Source: Tubiluchus corallicola (taxonomy: Eukaryota > Animalia > Priapulida). From it: a DNA stretch of 64,000 nucleotides. A program made the translations under genes and the position numbers. Positions 25,115 to 40,100 of this stretch are shown here, one piece after another (within the stretch, counting starts at the first letter, position 1; each line of letters begins with the position of its first letter). The stretch lies in assembly GCA_030141605.1 (NCBI GenBank), contig JAQGDQ010000015.1, forward strand, positions 682,001-746,000, given 5' to 3'. Under the pieces are notes generated by a model, which ran no database searches, had not been told where the DNA came from, and saw only the letters and a list, made by a program, of their open reading frames with translations.

Positions 25115-28100
25115 GTGAGTAAGTTTTTCTTGTATACTGGTCTGTTTTCCCTATATTCTGGATGAGGATTCCAATTTTTACATACATAGTTTCTGAGTAA
25201 TTACCTAGGATTTCTGCCTAGAAGAAAAAGTGAAGTTCTGTCGAAAGGAACAATATGGTGAAGACTTCGCTTGTTCAAATGCTTTTGGCAGTATATTTAG
25301 TCATTTATATGAAGATTTATGTTTATAATTATATTTTACTTTAGTTGAGATATACATTGCCAATATCATAATCATATCAACGATAGTTCTGTTCATGTTG
25401 AGAGTATTTTAATACCGTTATCAAATGGCATTTTCTAGATTGAAAAGTAATTATTATTTCAAGTTATGTAATGGAGACAAATATATAATTTTTTTCAAAT
25501 TGCCCATAATTTAGTAACATTTCAAAATGTCAGTGCAGAAAGTCAGTCAATCATCTATCTTGCTTCACATATTCACTAGATTTTGCGGCTTTTTGGACCG
25601 TTCACATGGCTTCTTAAGAAACAAGATTTAATCTATTAAAGCTTCTCTGCAAACAACGGCTGCATTCATTGTTATGGCTAACCTGCTAGCCTTAGATCAT
25701 GGTGATATGACTATGCAATATTGTTTATATTGGGCTCCAGAAAAGCTAATGCATCTGCTCATCTGCTCTATAGTGTTTTATCAAACCATTAAACCTGCAT
25801 TTTAGCTTTATAATCCACAAGGATGCCCACAATCATATTTTGAGCTTGTGTTTTCCTTTTTGCTGATTCTTTGGTTTGAAATATATGTTTATGTGTATTA
25901 TATATTTATTATATATGTTATAGGCATGACAAGGTTTGTATGGATTTGCGCCTAAAAGAATCTTAGTTCTTAGCAAATTCAAATGAGATTAATAAACTTT
26001 CAATATATAATATTATGTAATGTGGTACGTTTAGATTCACAGAAATATTTTATTTCTTACAGGAACAGAAAAGCATACTCTCAGAGATGTACATAATTCG
26101 TTGCCTACGCTATGCGCATATTGTAAGTACAGAAAATTATAAATCACGCAGAAATCGTGCATCAGTCTAACATGGCCACATCAATACAATTCAACCTTTA
26201 AAATAATTCGAGTTTTTTTTTACCTACCTGATAATCTCCAAACCTAATTGTGAATGAGTCTCATATTGGTGCATAAATCCTTTCACCTGTATATGTCTCG
26301 CACTAATGCAGTATATGTCTATTATAAACTAACTTCTTATAAATTTCTTTCACTATTGAGTATTGAACGATTATTGACTATCTTTAACAGGGAAGTCACA
26401 ATGCTCAAAGATTTTTACATGTTCTAAGATTCGTGATCAGTTGACTAAAATTTTATTTTAACATAATTATTGTTTTTTTTTGGTTTAAATTTGTATAGCA
26501 TGTGGCTAAATTTGAATCATATGTCTGTATACTTGAGGCTTTTATTACAAGGCCTGATCTGGTTAACTTGCATAAATATTTATTTTCTTTTCTTTTTATT
26601 TTTCTTAAGTGGGTGTTGACTGTCATTTTTATTTTAAGAATTCATTTTCCCCATCGCAAATCATTTTTTCAAAATATAACAGTTTTTTTCTGTGTGCTGT
26701 GCTTTGTGAACTCAGAGTTACACTTGGTAAGTCAAATAAAAACCCGTGGCCATGATGTAGTTATTGATGAGTCTGCTCTCAGTTATTTTCCCTTTCTGTA
26801 ATGGAGTACAGTGTGTGTAGGAGGTTGTACTGTTTACTCAGCATTATAGATTTTCTCAAGTTTCACTATTCTCATTGAAAACGTCTGTGCGTGGTGCAAA
26901 AACATCGATTTCCCATTTCATATCTTGAATAAAATATAATATTACTTTCCTATCTAAGCACATTGGGCATCTTGTTAAACATACTCTGGCGTGCCTATTT
27001 TTAATGCTGTATAAGGACATATTAAGACAGTGACTCTCAACTGGATTGTCAGTTAAAGTTGCCATAGCTAATGCATTTCTAATGCAGTTGTTTAATGAAA
27101 AGTTTTTACTAGTAACTGAACCTCCAGCTGTACAATATTTTTTAGCATTTTTTGCCTTTCTCTTGGCATAACTTTATTGCTAGTGCTACATATTTATTAT
27201 GCTACTGTTTTTGTGCCAATATTTGCAAAATATAGTAGTTAAATAATTGCATGTGTCAAAGTCCAGCTCTTGAGTCCATTTGAGAAGAAGGTGAAGACAA
27301 ACTGTGACTGGATTTTCGAACTTGTCGTTTATTTGAACGTCTAGCATTCTTTCTGTCCGGGTACTTTTAATGTATAAGCTCATTCTCTCGGTTATAATAC
27401 TTTAATTATCTATTTGTTAAGCATTATTTGAGTCAAAACAGTGGTTCTTTAAATTTATTATCGAACAGAATTTTCGTTTAGGTCATTATTATATTAAGTC
27501 AGAAACTCAAAATACAATATTTTTGCTTTTAAAAATGTTTTTTGTAGATGTGTCTTTAAGTAAAAGTTTTTTTCCAACATTGTCTTGACATTGTAAAACA
27601 CTACAATATTTTTCACATGTATGTATGTCATCGTTTTATATTCCTGATAATAACACTTCCTGCACAATGAATTTTTTTATACTTTTGCAAAAAACTAATT
27701 ATCTTTCGTGGTAAGAGTATTTAAGTAGAGTGAAGTGCATTGTAGCTAAATACTTGTGTATCGTGCACAGAATGGGTGGCTAAATTGTATTTTTGTATTT
27801 CTATTGAATACTTGCTTGAATACAAATAGAACGAAATCAGAATCAAGTTATCCAGTCAGTGTTTAACATTACCAAAAGTTTAAATGGGAGGCACATTTTA
27901 ATGTAAAGACCTAAGTGATAAAAATTAATAGATATTACCTGCAAGATGCCCCCTAACAACACTAAATGATGTTTTTGGTGTGTGTATTTGATCTTTAAGT
28001 TTAACTTGCCTCATAAGTTTGATGACAAAACTAAACAAGGCTGATGCCGTTAACTTGTATCTCTGCCATCAAAGAAATTGCCAGCAGTTAGGTGAAATAG

Positions 28101-31100
28101 GGCTTACCTTAATGGATTATCATGAGATGGACGTTAATTAGAGCCAAACTCTCTGAATTTAGTGCATGTTTTTATCAAAGCTTGGCTGTTGTCACTTGTA
28201 CCAAGTTGGTGTGGCTAATTGTTACTAGAAAAGAATCATGTTTTCTGAATGATCATTGTTGGACTAGATGTAATTATGTAAAATATCTTGAATTATTATT
28301 TGTTATTATTATTGGTTCATTATTTGTTCTTGTAGCTTTATTGATACATTTCCATCACTACATGCTCATGATATGTGCATATCAGGAAAAGGGCATATCA
28401 GTAAGAGAGATATTTTTTGCAGTCTATGAATTGTATGGCCAATTTTGTTGCTTATTTAAGGTTTGCCAGAGTATCTCACTATAAGTAATTATTCAATAAT
28501 TAATAATTAAACATCTATTTTAAATAATTTGTGATATAATTTTAATTGATTTGACACTTAGTGTATATTACTTACATTAATTACACAGTGCCATTGTATT
28601 TTAGCCTGAAACTATTTAAAGTTTGTGAAAAGGTCGAAATTTATTTGCTTTCAGTCTGGGTTACCTGGTAAAGACAGCTTGCCTGTTAATTAGTTTAATA
28701 AACTGTCATTAATTGTGATGAACATCATTAAAGGTTTCAGTAACTGAAAATTTCTCACTATGTCATTTGGATGTAAATTAGGCATTTGTGTTAAAGAAGG
28801 CAATACAAACGTGAAGCACTAGCAGCAAAACACATTTGGAAATCTTTGGCCGTGGCCCAGGGCAGTGTAGGGGGCTGCTCTAGTACCAGTGGAAATTAAA
28901 TTGCTTTTTATGAGGTTTTTGTCACAGTAGATACTCAAGAATACTGTTGGAATTCTATTACAATTTTATCTTGTTGTTTTTCTTAATTTACTTTGGTCTT
29001 TGTATTGAAATCTCATTGAAGCTCACATGATTTCTTTAGAGAGCGATCCTTGTAAAAGTGCTATTACATTGTATATGAATCTATAACAGCATTTTTTTAT
29101 GTTTTCTTAATTATTGTTGAAGCCAACTATTTGTACAGTTTTTAATTGCCTTGGCGTAATTAAAACCTTGAGTAAATTCCAAACTCCAGAATTATCTTTT
29201 CTCCCTAGAAATTGAGAGAATCATTATCAATGTGGCAGACTGACTTCTTCATGAATGTATTTATTCTGTCTTTGACTTTAGCAGACTTCTTCATGTTAAT
29301 ACATATTTAGGTTCAGACTGCTGTTTGTGTTATGTATATTTGACTGGCAATGACTATATGTTTTTAAGTCAGTTATTTTAGTTGTTTGGGTCCTAATTTC
29401 ACCTCTTGCTGCATTCCTAGCATTGTTATTGTTAAGCTTACTTGTTTCTCGACATATTATAATTTCTCTGCTCTTAGCTCCTCTTTGCTCATTTAGTGAT
29501 CCAGAAACCTACTAGAAGAATTCCCACACCTTTACATGCCTACTCATTGGCTTACTTTGTAGTCTGCTTGTAAATTATTAAGGGAACACTCGTATTCTGC
29601 TCTATATTTGCAATGACTTATCTATTTCTAGGTATCCAAACCCTGACTTTGTCTTAAATGGCTTCATTTTACTAACTATTTCTGTTATGGTCTTGCTTTC
29701 TGAAGGGTTTCGTTTTGCAGCTAATCATGTAGGTGTAACATTTCTCTGCTTGATTATGGGAAGCTGGAGGGGCTTTATTACATGAATGGACTTCCACTTT
29801 CTTTGACACTGCTCATTGCGTCAATCACACCTACATAATCTGGAAATAATACACATGTGGCAATTTGCCAGAAACTCGTCCGTTTTTGTTGTTTGTTTTT
29901 TAACAGCTCAAACCGAGTAACAAAATTTCTTTGTGCGGGTGGAAGTGGAAGCCTCTCTTTTTCACATTAATTAGTGAGCGGCTTCCTTTGAAAATCTGAC
30001 AAATGTTTCATGCTGTGCCCCTGAAATTGGATTCTTATGAGAAATGTAAAAGAAGGCTGCTATTTTCTTCGTTACAGTTGAAACGATTTGTGTGCCTTTT
30101 AACAATAACTAAATTTAGCGATTAAAAGGAGACTACAAGTTGATAATTGCATTTCTTTGACTTTACTTTAATCTGGTAAACTAACACTAGAAGTTTTACG
30201 TACTAAATTGAATTTTAGCAATTATCACTGTGAATAGTGGCTTCTGGCCTTCTATCAATAGACTGTAGTTCAACTGAGGCAATAGATCCTTGGGAACTTT
30301 GACTAAAAGGCTAAGTTTTATAACTTCCTTGGGTGGCATGAATTAGAGACGACAAGTCTAAATTGTTTGCATGGTGCCTGTTCTAATTACTGGGAATATA
30401 TGAAATAGATATTGATTTATCCCTCTATTTAGGTGCTAATTAGGAGATCAGGGTAAATACAGTATTATTAGACACTTCAGGAAGCAAACTAATGGCTGAG
30501 GTTGCATTGTGAAACTATTTCCGAAATTTTGCGGCATCCTTGTCAAAGACATTACCACATTTCACAGGTGGTAAAAAAATTAGATGCACTACACAAAGTA
30601 CATTATAGCTTTGGAAGTTTCTGTGGACTTTATATAATACTACTTAAAATTTCTGTTTTTTTGTGTTACACAAATTGTTTTTCACATCGCTTTTGTTGTA
30701 TTATGTAGATTCCAAAATACAGGAGTTAGAAAACTGACTATTGGAAAACGATTTGGTTTTGATTTTTTTAAATATTTACTAAAGCTTAATAAAGTTTGTT
30801 TGTTTGTTTTTTCTTTTTTGGCCACTGTGTATGTATACTAAAAGAGCCTTTATTGTAATGTTATTGTTACTGATACTGTGTGTTGTTTATCTTGAGTCAG
30901 TTTCACTTGTTCAGTAAGGTGGTTACTAGCTTCTGTTTCAAAATCGTCAACAAACAACCAACTTACAAAAACAACTATTTTCAACCTTGCAGTTCTTTAA
31001 CAGAAAACATGGGTGTTGGGACTTTTGGCAGCCAGTGTCTTGTAGAAAAACAAAAATAGTTGTAAATCCTTTGAAGTTTAAAATTTTACTATTCTTTTAT

Positions 31101-34100
31101 TTAATATAAATCAATGAGAAATTTTTAGCAAATTCATAGCATCTTGAAGAGAATGTAAGAAACTGTGTTAAGCAAATGTCTACTTTTGTATTACTTGTGA
31201 TCATCTAAATTGACAATTTGCACTAAATTAAGCTAACCAAATTTTAAATAGGCTTTTATGCTTTATGTAGAATGCCACCTTATTGTGTTATTAGTATTTT
31301 TGTAGGTTTCCTCTATTCATATTTTTAATTGAATCAATGCTTTATGATAACACTTAAAGAAGATGCAAAACTTCATTGCTTAGTCACTATTTACGTTATA
31401 CTGCATGTTAAACACATATGTCATTTTTATTGCAGGCAAAGACTTTTTATGGGGTTCAGGTGACAAAATCGGGTCAAAATGTACAGGTAAGTTTATACTT
31501 TTTTGTTTGGCTGTCTTAATACATGTAACACATGTAAATAGTATGTATTGCATAATAAAATAATAAATAATTACAATAACAGGTTATGGTAATATCAGTC
31601 TACCTTAGCTTATTCTGTGACGTGAGCGAGCAAGTGGATCATGGCCCAAGAGCAGGAAACTCGACTCGTGTTTTCATGCTCTACGGATAAAACGGAACAA
31701 AACTCATACAGTTTAGAATTTTTATGGCAAATTTTACGATCAAAATAAATATCAGTTGTTTACCATTTCTATAATAGTTTCAACTCTTTCAATGTGTGAC
31801 TAGTTGAATGTCAGTCATCTAATATGTTTAGTTTACAGTGTTTTGAACCACATCCATGTACTTTTCTTTGGATCATTATGAGCTTGCTGTCATGTTCTTG
31901 AATCGTACAAATCGGTCCTTTAAGAGAGTTCAAAACTTCAAATTGGCAGGTGTGGAAGGCAAGCAGACTAATGAAAACCAAATTATGAAGTCTATTGCAT
32001 TAATCAAACTAACAATGAATCCATATTGGTCAGCTATTAAAAAGTAGTGGGACTTATTCCACAAATGTACCTAAAATCTAACTAAAATAATATTTAAGCC
32101 AAACCGAACTGCACAGATATTCTAGATTGAATCTGCAGGGCTTGGTTCTAATATGACTGCAATTAGATCTGCTGATAACTAGTTAACAGATATGCCCTTA
32201 TTGTTCTGGGCCTGTGGGCAGACAAAGACTTGGACAGATGGACAGTAGTAGACTTTTCCTCACTAAGAGCTAATGTGGAAATTACTGATTACTGAATCCA
32301 ACTAGCACAGTTTATTGAACGTTTTATTAGTTCAGGAACTCATTATGTGTTTTTTTCTGGCGATATATACATTAAAGTACATACTGTAATTTGGGTCATT
32401 CAGAAGCTGCAATAAAAGTTTATACGATACATATTGAAATCTAGGCTGGACTACTAATTTTGAATATAGCAGATCATTTAGCATACAGGTAGGCACAATA
32501 CTGTACTTTCTAGCAGGTAATAGGTTAAACAAAATAACGATATCATTCTGCAAATGAAACCACAGATTTTTGTTTTATTTTAGACAATATAAAGGTTATC
32601 AATTTGTTCACATTTTTGTAAATGGGGAAGCTACACTGTTATCAGAATTGTATTGTCTGGTGATACTGTGTTGCCATTAAAGTATCATGGAATTGTGTTG
32701 TCTGGTGATACTGTGTTGCCGTTAAAGTATCATGGAATTGTATTGTCTGGTGATACTGTGTTGCCGTTAAAGTATCATGGAATTGTGTTGTCTGGTGATA
32801 CTGTGTTGCCGTTAAAGTATCATGGAATTGTATTGTCTGTGATACTGTGTTGCCATTAAAGTATCATTATTTTTATAACACTTGTACAATGTCATTTGTA
32901 CAATGATATCACTCTTAGTTAGCATCTTTTTCAACTATTTGCAGAATGTGGCAAGATGTTTCATACGATGTGCAGCATGTTTATTGCCAACATTTCTTGC
33001 ACATCCTCTAATGGTCAGACTGAAGACACCGAAGTGGTAAGATTGTTAGTGTACACATTTCAAAGTTCATTGACTTCAGTTTCTTCGCATAACTAGTAGG
33101 TGGCAGTAATTTTGCTAATAAGGTGAAAGCATTGTGCTATTTGTCGTCTGGTTTTCAGAGACGTTTTACTAAAATACCAAGTATTGAACGCAAAATTGAA
33201 ATGTATCCTCTTATAACATTAAGTAATAAGATACAGTAAATTAAAGGAGTGAAAAGTAGTTGGAAAATTTCTCGTGTTGTCCTTTCGTAAAGGTTCAGTG
33301 CTCCGCATAACCGATAGCACTGATCATATAGGCAAGATAGACCAAGATAATATAACTCTTTGCACTATAGAGTGCATGACAGTTCTTAAATGTAACTGTC
33401 AAGGATCAATCTTCTTGCATAGTACTAGGCAATGGTTGACAAAATAAAATTGCATAAAACCTTTCTATGCAACAACAACGACAGCTGCATCAACTTAGTA
33501 AAATTATATAATTCTTAGAACATTAGCAAGTTTAAACTTATAAACTTTAAATACATTATGTTGATGTATTATGAATAATTACACCACTAGGTTCATTTGG
33601 TGTAAATAGTAGCCTAACTCGCATTTTATTAAGAATTATTTAAAAAGGTGTATTAACTGATATTACAACTAAGCATTGCTGTAAAATTGTTTTCATAAGA
33701 TGTATGATTAGCTTTGGTTATGATGCTGAAACAAGTAGTCATACTAATAAGTCACATTAATAATTATTGGTTTGTGTTATAGTCACATAGCTTTAGACTT
33801 ATGTCTCTGATTCTAGCCTGTTAGTAAATGGACCACAGAAGAAGTGTTGCAGTGGCTCGTTGTTGTCAACTTGGAGAGATTTGCCCAGGTGTTCAAAGCT
33901 TTTGGCATAGATGGCGCTTCAATTGCTAATATCAACGATTCAAAATTAGAGGTAAAAATAATCATGTCTAGGCTTTACAGAATTTTGTTACCGCAGCAAA
34001 GCTAGTATTTGTTACAATTAATTTCATGGTTAGCTGATTATTATTTTTTTATCTATTTTATTTATAAAGTATTGCAAAGTGTAAAGGTTAAATACAGCAG

Positions 34101-37100
34101 GCTGAAAGCACTCATCATGCTGATCTCGTGTAGAAATACAAATTTTATAGGTCAGCTTGATTTGACTTTTTTATTTGCGTATTCGCACATCTAATCTTTA
34201 TTATCGTAATCGTAATAGTAGAATATTCAAAGTACCTCAAACCCAGGCATTTTTGATGAGGATATATGTACATATTGTAAGCATTTGAATTAATTCTGCA
34301 TTGTTTAAAAAATTTACAACTATTCTATCAAACATGCTGATTGTTTAATTATCAAAAATTAATTAATTATCAAAAAAATTGATTATTTTTGTGACTTCTA
34401 ATTCTGAGTCACGGTGTTTCACAAGAGAGCATTTTAGAACTGTGTAACTAACTTCTTAGTACTTGCTTATAGTCATGAAGTTTTAGTTCTGAAAAATCAA
34501 ATTTTACTTTATTAAATTTGCAGTTTTTAATCTGGTCTAGAAATTTCGTTTTTGGATAATCTATGCTTTGCTATCCTGGTTAAATTTCGGCTTACAGGCT
34601 AAGTTTGGCTCTACAAATATTGGAAAAACATGTTTACTAAATCTTTGTGCTCCAGTTTCTAAGACGTAAACTGATTGTTGTCCAGAATTCCTTGGCTTCC
34701 GAAAACTTGATTAGCTTCACTAGTTGACTCTCTGTGCTAGTTCTACTGAGTTCAGCTTGTGAAATTATGAAAATAAACTATTTTCTGATGCTAGTATGGC
34801 CTCTTGAATGTAGTTGCAAATAAAAATGTCGACTGTGGATGCCAAATTAATTATTACAAAATTAATTAACTAGTATTACTCTAGCAGCAGTAAATTGTCA
34901 CATGGAAATGTTTAAATTCTTGGAGAGCTTTTAGAATTGAATGAAATCTGTCTTTATCACTCACAATTGTTGTGTAGTTTAATGCGTGGATCTGGTAGTC
35001 TATGTCTAAAATGTTCGAGTTGTAAGCTCCCTGCTTTAAATCGGGCTAGGTTTAAAATTTTTGCATTTTCTTTCCTTTTAAATTATTTTTTAAAAAGTTG
35101 ATTGTAATGAAATCATCTAGCTAGGTTAGTTAAAATTCCTACTTAATGTGAAAAACTTCCAGAGTCAGTAATTCTGTTTAAAAAATCAGTACTTTTTTAT
35201 AAGTTGAAATCTGTTTGTAAATCTGTCTAGGTGCAGTTGTTGCCATTGCCATGTGTAGAGTTTTACTGACTACAATGGTGTAAGCGTTCATGTGTAGGAC
35301 AGCCTCAGCTGCTTATTGGTCTAGCTGGTGCATTTACAGCCACAGCTGTTGCAAGCAAATGACTTTGACTTGGCCTTGGCTATTCAGAGTGTCTAGTTTT
35401 CTGAATCTTGCATACAAGCATTTTGTGCTATTTTAGCATTCTTTTCCTGTATTCTTGCTGTGGTATTTCTGACAAGTTTTAGAAGTGACAAATGGCACTT
35501 CAGCATTGGCAGAAGGAATATTTATGTGAGCATGCATATGTCCTAAGCATAGCCGCAATACTTTTGGCCAAATGTCTGCTAACAATCTTAGTCATTATTT
35601 TTATTTAATCCACACTTTATTGCTTCACTAGACATCTGAATAACTTCAGCTTTTAATGTAATTGCGCATTATGTAATTACGACAACACGACAGAATTAGA
35701 ATCTGCAGTAAATACCTTCAGAGAATTATCGGACCATCCACCCGCACCCCATTATAGAATTTATTCAATATATAGAATAAACTTAGTATAGAATAGTAAT
35801 ATGTTAAGACTAATTAAATATGCAACGGCACAACAATATATTTCGAGTGGTTAAAATTTTAATGAACTTTATTCAAAGATTTAAGATTAAAGACATTCAG
35901 AAATTTGAAATTGCAAGCTTCAATGAGGAATCATACAGATAGGGAAAATGAATCACACCACAAGCAAAACATGATCAATAGGCCTCTGCACAAGTTACAC
36001 ATAATCATTGCTGTATATAAGGACCATTCAGAACTTTTTTGAATGTGAAGTCATGAACCAAACTGACGGCAGTGGATACATCTACAACAGTCATTTGCTC
36101 TCTCCAGAATGCAGATTTAAGACTCGCTAGTCATCCAAGTACTACTATAAACTGTCGTGTGAACCCCTATGGGTTTGCGAAACCTAGGTTGAAAATCCCT
36201 GCATGAAGAGGGTGTTGTCTTTGGTATTTTCTGATTTGGAATGAGTTTACAATTCCCCACACAATTTAAATACCCTAACCTTAACCCTAGTCATAACCCT
36301 AATCCAACCCTAACCCTTTCACTAACCCTAATCCTAATCCACTTAACAAAAAACTCATTCCTTGTGTGTGGGGGATTGTAAACTTAAGCCTCTGATTCAA
36401 CTTTTGTTATATTCAAATAATGCTATAAATATTGTCAAAGCTAAATTCAAATTTGAATGATAGAACTTATGATTTATTTCTAATGGCGTTATAAGAACTT
36501 GTTGATACTTAAGTCAATGTTAAATATAAGAAATTTATTATTTACGTATCATATACAAATCTTCAAAAACAAACCCAGTGGCTGCTCGGAAGGAGGAGTT
36601 TAAGTCAGAAAGAGAAAATAAGAATCCGGGTCTAAAAATGGAATTCTAGTTGTTAAATTGCTACTGTTAAAGTTGATGTTCTTCTTAACACCAATGAAGC
36701 TGTAGTGGACAAGGAAAGGCTTCTGGTAAACTATTACACAGATAAGAGACAGGGGAAACTTGGACTTAAAACCAGCTGATCTGTGTCTACGAGTATGCGA
36801 GTTAAAAATATGAGCAACTTTATTATTAGCAAAATCAGTACTTCAAGCAAATTGTAAGTATTTAGTAGTAGTGATAAAAGATTTTGAGGTTAACTTTCAT
36901 AAAGTTGTGATAAGAGCTGTTTAGGATCTTAGGGAAGCAAATGATGAGCCTGAAATTCCAGGAGAAGCTGACTCCAAATAATAACTAACCACCTTGAGAA
37001 TAGGATTTTGCATTTAATATTGATACCACCTCACCTACAATGTTTAAGATAATTTCATTCGCAGATTTTTAAGTTGTACAAACAAAGATGTATTTAAATT

Positions 37101-40100
37101 TGTGGTACATAAAATGTCTTAAATAAGTGCACAATTCTAGATTCAAAGAATTAAATGTGATTGTTTCAAACAAATATAGTAGATGTTAATACCAAATTTA
37201 ATCTTAATGTTTCTAATTTTTATCCATTCTAATCAAAAATAAATTTCTATTACTTATATTTCACATTCAAAGTGTAACCCAGAGTACTAAAATGGGGTTT
37301 CAGCATATATTTGAATTTGGGATTTGCAGCTGTAGTATTTAAATTCTAATTTTTTTAAATAAGATGTTTATTATTTGTAGATAGTTTTATTTGCAACCAC
37401 ATTTAAGGGCAAAAATCTTCTCAAGTGGCTTTCGCTCGCTATGCTTTGTCCTATTGACTATTGTGCATTGAGATTGCATTCTGCACAACAGATCTAAAAT
37501 GTCAAGTGCTTTAAACATTTTGCACGTGTTGTATAGCATGTTCGTAAATTAATTAATTACTGTAAATTATAAACAAGCATATTTTTCAAATTGCTGATTT
37601 CTTAGAAATATCTTCTGTTTGTTTATCAAACATTATGTACACTATGGGCTCAGTTTTATGAGTTCATCAAGGTGTTAATGCTTGTTTTGATCTGTAATCT
37701 ATTTCAGGAGATCATCAAAACAAGTGGATTAAAAACTGAGCAAAATATTTTTCACAGTGGGTGGTGCTGTATGTACACTGCTGCCATCTGTTGGAAATGC
37801 AGATTATTCTATAAGAGCTTGTTTTGTTGTTTCAGTTGATGGGAGTGTTAGAAGAATTTCATAAACAGGCAATCCTTGTTAGTATAGATTCTCTATATCG
37901 GAGGAACAATGTCGTGGTGTGTAGAAGTTTATTGATTTTCCTGCTGTGCGTACTGTATAGTGCATAACACAAATTGTTTATTTAATTTAATGTCTTATTT
38001 AATTTTTATCCTCTCTTACATTATTATTGGGCCATTTCTTTAACTAACATTTGTAAAATGAGGATGCATTATGAGTTTGGTGGCATAGTTAAGTGGCATC
38101 ATTCCAAGTCATTGGTACAGCTTTGTAACAGCATTGCCATGTTTTTATCATCATTATCAAATTTATCATGATCATCATTATTGTCATTTAAAGGGTATTA
38201 TCCACATATCTTCGTATTTTGACTGAGAATGATTGCATAATGGATCTTTTATCGCTGTGTTCCAGTTTACCAATCCCTATGATAATGTTGTCGTTAACGG
38301 GAACAAGGTCAATGGTCATCAGTTCCAGGAACACAGTTTGCTGAGTGTGGAAAATTGTGATAAGTGTTGTTTGCCATTTCTTGGTACCGAAAAACAAGGA
38401 GTTGTATGCCGAGGTTGGTAGAAATTAGTTTTGCTTCAGAACCCCAGTAAACATAATTATTGTGCATCATGTACGATGTGTAGAAGCCAGCCTTGCATCA
38501 TAAATAAATAGCAAAGCAGTTCTACTAATTTGTTTTTCTGCCGAGGTTATTATCCAGTTCAGTCTTGCGAAGTTGAGAACTGGGTGTTTTCATGCCCCAA
38601 AATTATCCACAGAAAAGTCTGATTAAGGTAACGTGCCTAACAACAGAAGATTTGAAAGACAAGTTTACATTTTGTTAGCCATTGACATTTTATTTCTCAT
38701 TAGGAAGCAAAGTTTTGCCAAGTCCACTATAATAATACAGTGTGTCGTATTTATGATCAAATCTGATGCTGACGTACAGGAAATTTATCTGTCTGTTATG
38801 TTTTTGTGTGTTTCAAGTGTCATTTATTAAGGCACTGGTAGCACTTGAATTACTTTCAAAAAAAATATGGTGTAGTTTTACAGTCCTTTTCATCATGATT
38901 TGGGCCCAGAATTATTTTGTGGGTAGTTTTTAATGAAGTGGTGCTAGAATGTGTAAAAAACAGTTAATTCGCATTTTGTTAAATTTTAACTTGTCCTCAC
39001 TTCATTTTTGCCAATGTTCACCAACTTTTTTAGCTGACTAATCTAACATTTTTGCAGTTTGTGGTCTTCAGTGCCACAGGTCTTGTGCCAAGACTGGATT
39101 GAGTGCTTGCGAGGCATCAACAGAACGAAAAAAGGACCGCCTTGGCCAAGGTACTGTTGCGGCAGTATTGTTTCTCTTACTGTCTTCCATTCTTCTTTAT
39201 CTCAATTTACATTTAAAGCCGAAAATAATGATTATTAAATTACTTTATTTTGTAGGCAGGCCTCCGTAAATTCAAACAAAACTAAATAGTAACCAAGCGT
39301 CATTCCAAATGGCAAATCTGTTAATACATCTTAAAGAGTATAGTAAAAACTGCATTGCTCTAAGTAATAGCTATTGTACTACTTATCAGAGTAACAGGCT
39401 TTAATAAAGGAAATTTCATTCACGCTGAGATTGCCGACATTTTCATTATATCTGCAAAAATTGCTGTTGTTTATGATATCTCATGTGCAGAGTGCAAGAA
39501 TTGCAGCTGCTTTTATATCTATGACTGACTGCAGAATAATGGACCATATTTCACTTAGGATTTCAATTCATGGGTCTTCTTCCATTTAACATGTCAGTAG
39601 AAAGCACTCTTATTTTGTGAGTGTATTATCATTAATTTTTCATATTTTCCTTTGTTTCTTTCCTGTTTTGTGTACTGTAACTGCAGGAAATGCCTTAGAT
39701 TAGAGTTTGTTTTCTCTGTTTGTATATTGAATAAAGGTTGTTCGTGTATTGTGTGAAAAACACTAGAACTATGTCCAACTTGTGTCATCTCATAATGCTG
39801 TTTTTCACTTTCATTATTTGACCGCCGTATATTTTTATCTATGACTGTTTCTAGTTTTTGGCGTTGAACTGGGAAAACTATTTAATGACAAGGAGGAACG
39901 GTGTCCATTGATTCTGCAACGCTGCATAGACGAGATTGAAAGCAGAGGCAAAAAGGAAGGTGAGTTTGTTTAACTTTTCTTGTATTTTTTGCATCTGCCT
40001 AACTGTGCAACTAAAAATTTTTTCATAGTTCCATCAAGATTTATACTTATTTGTTATCTGGAGCTTAGGTTTTTTTTGCAGGCAAAATACATTTCTGTAA

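Noticed and set aside
32645-32867. CRISPR-like array or repeat-protein ORF (SGDTVLPLKYHGIVL)n
   Set aside because: Units are contiguous with no unique spacers, the context is a eukaryotic intron, and the ORF is a by-product of a 45-bp unit
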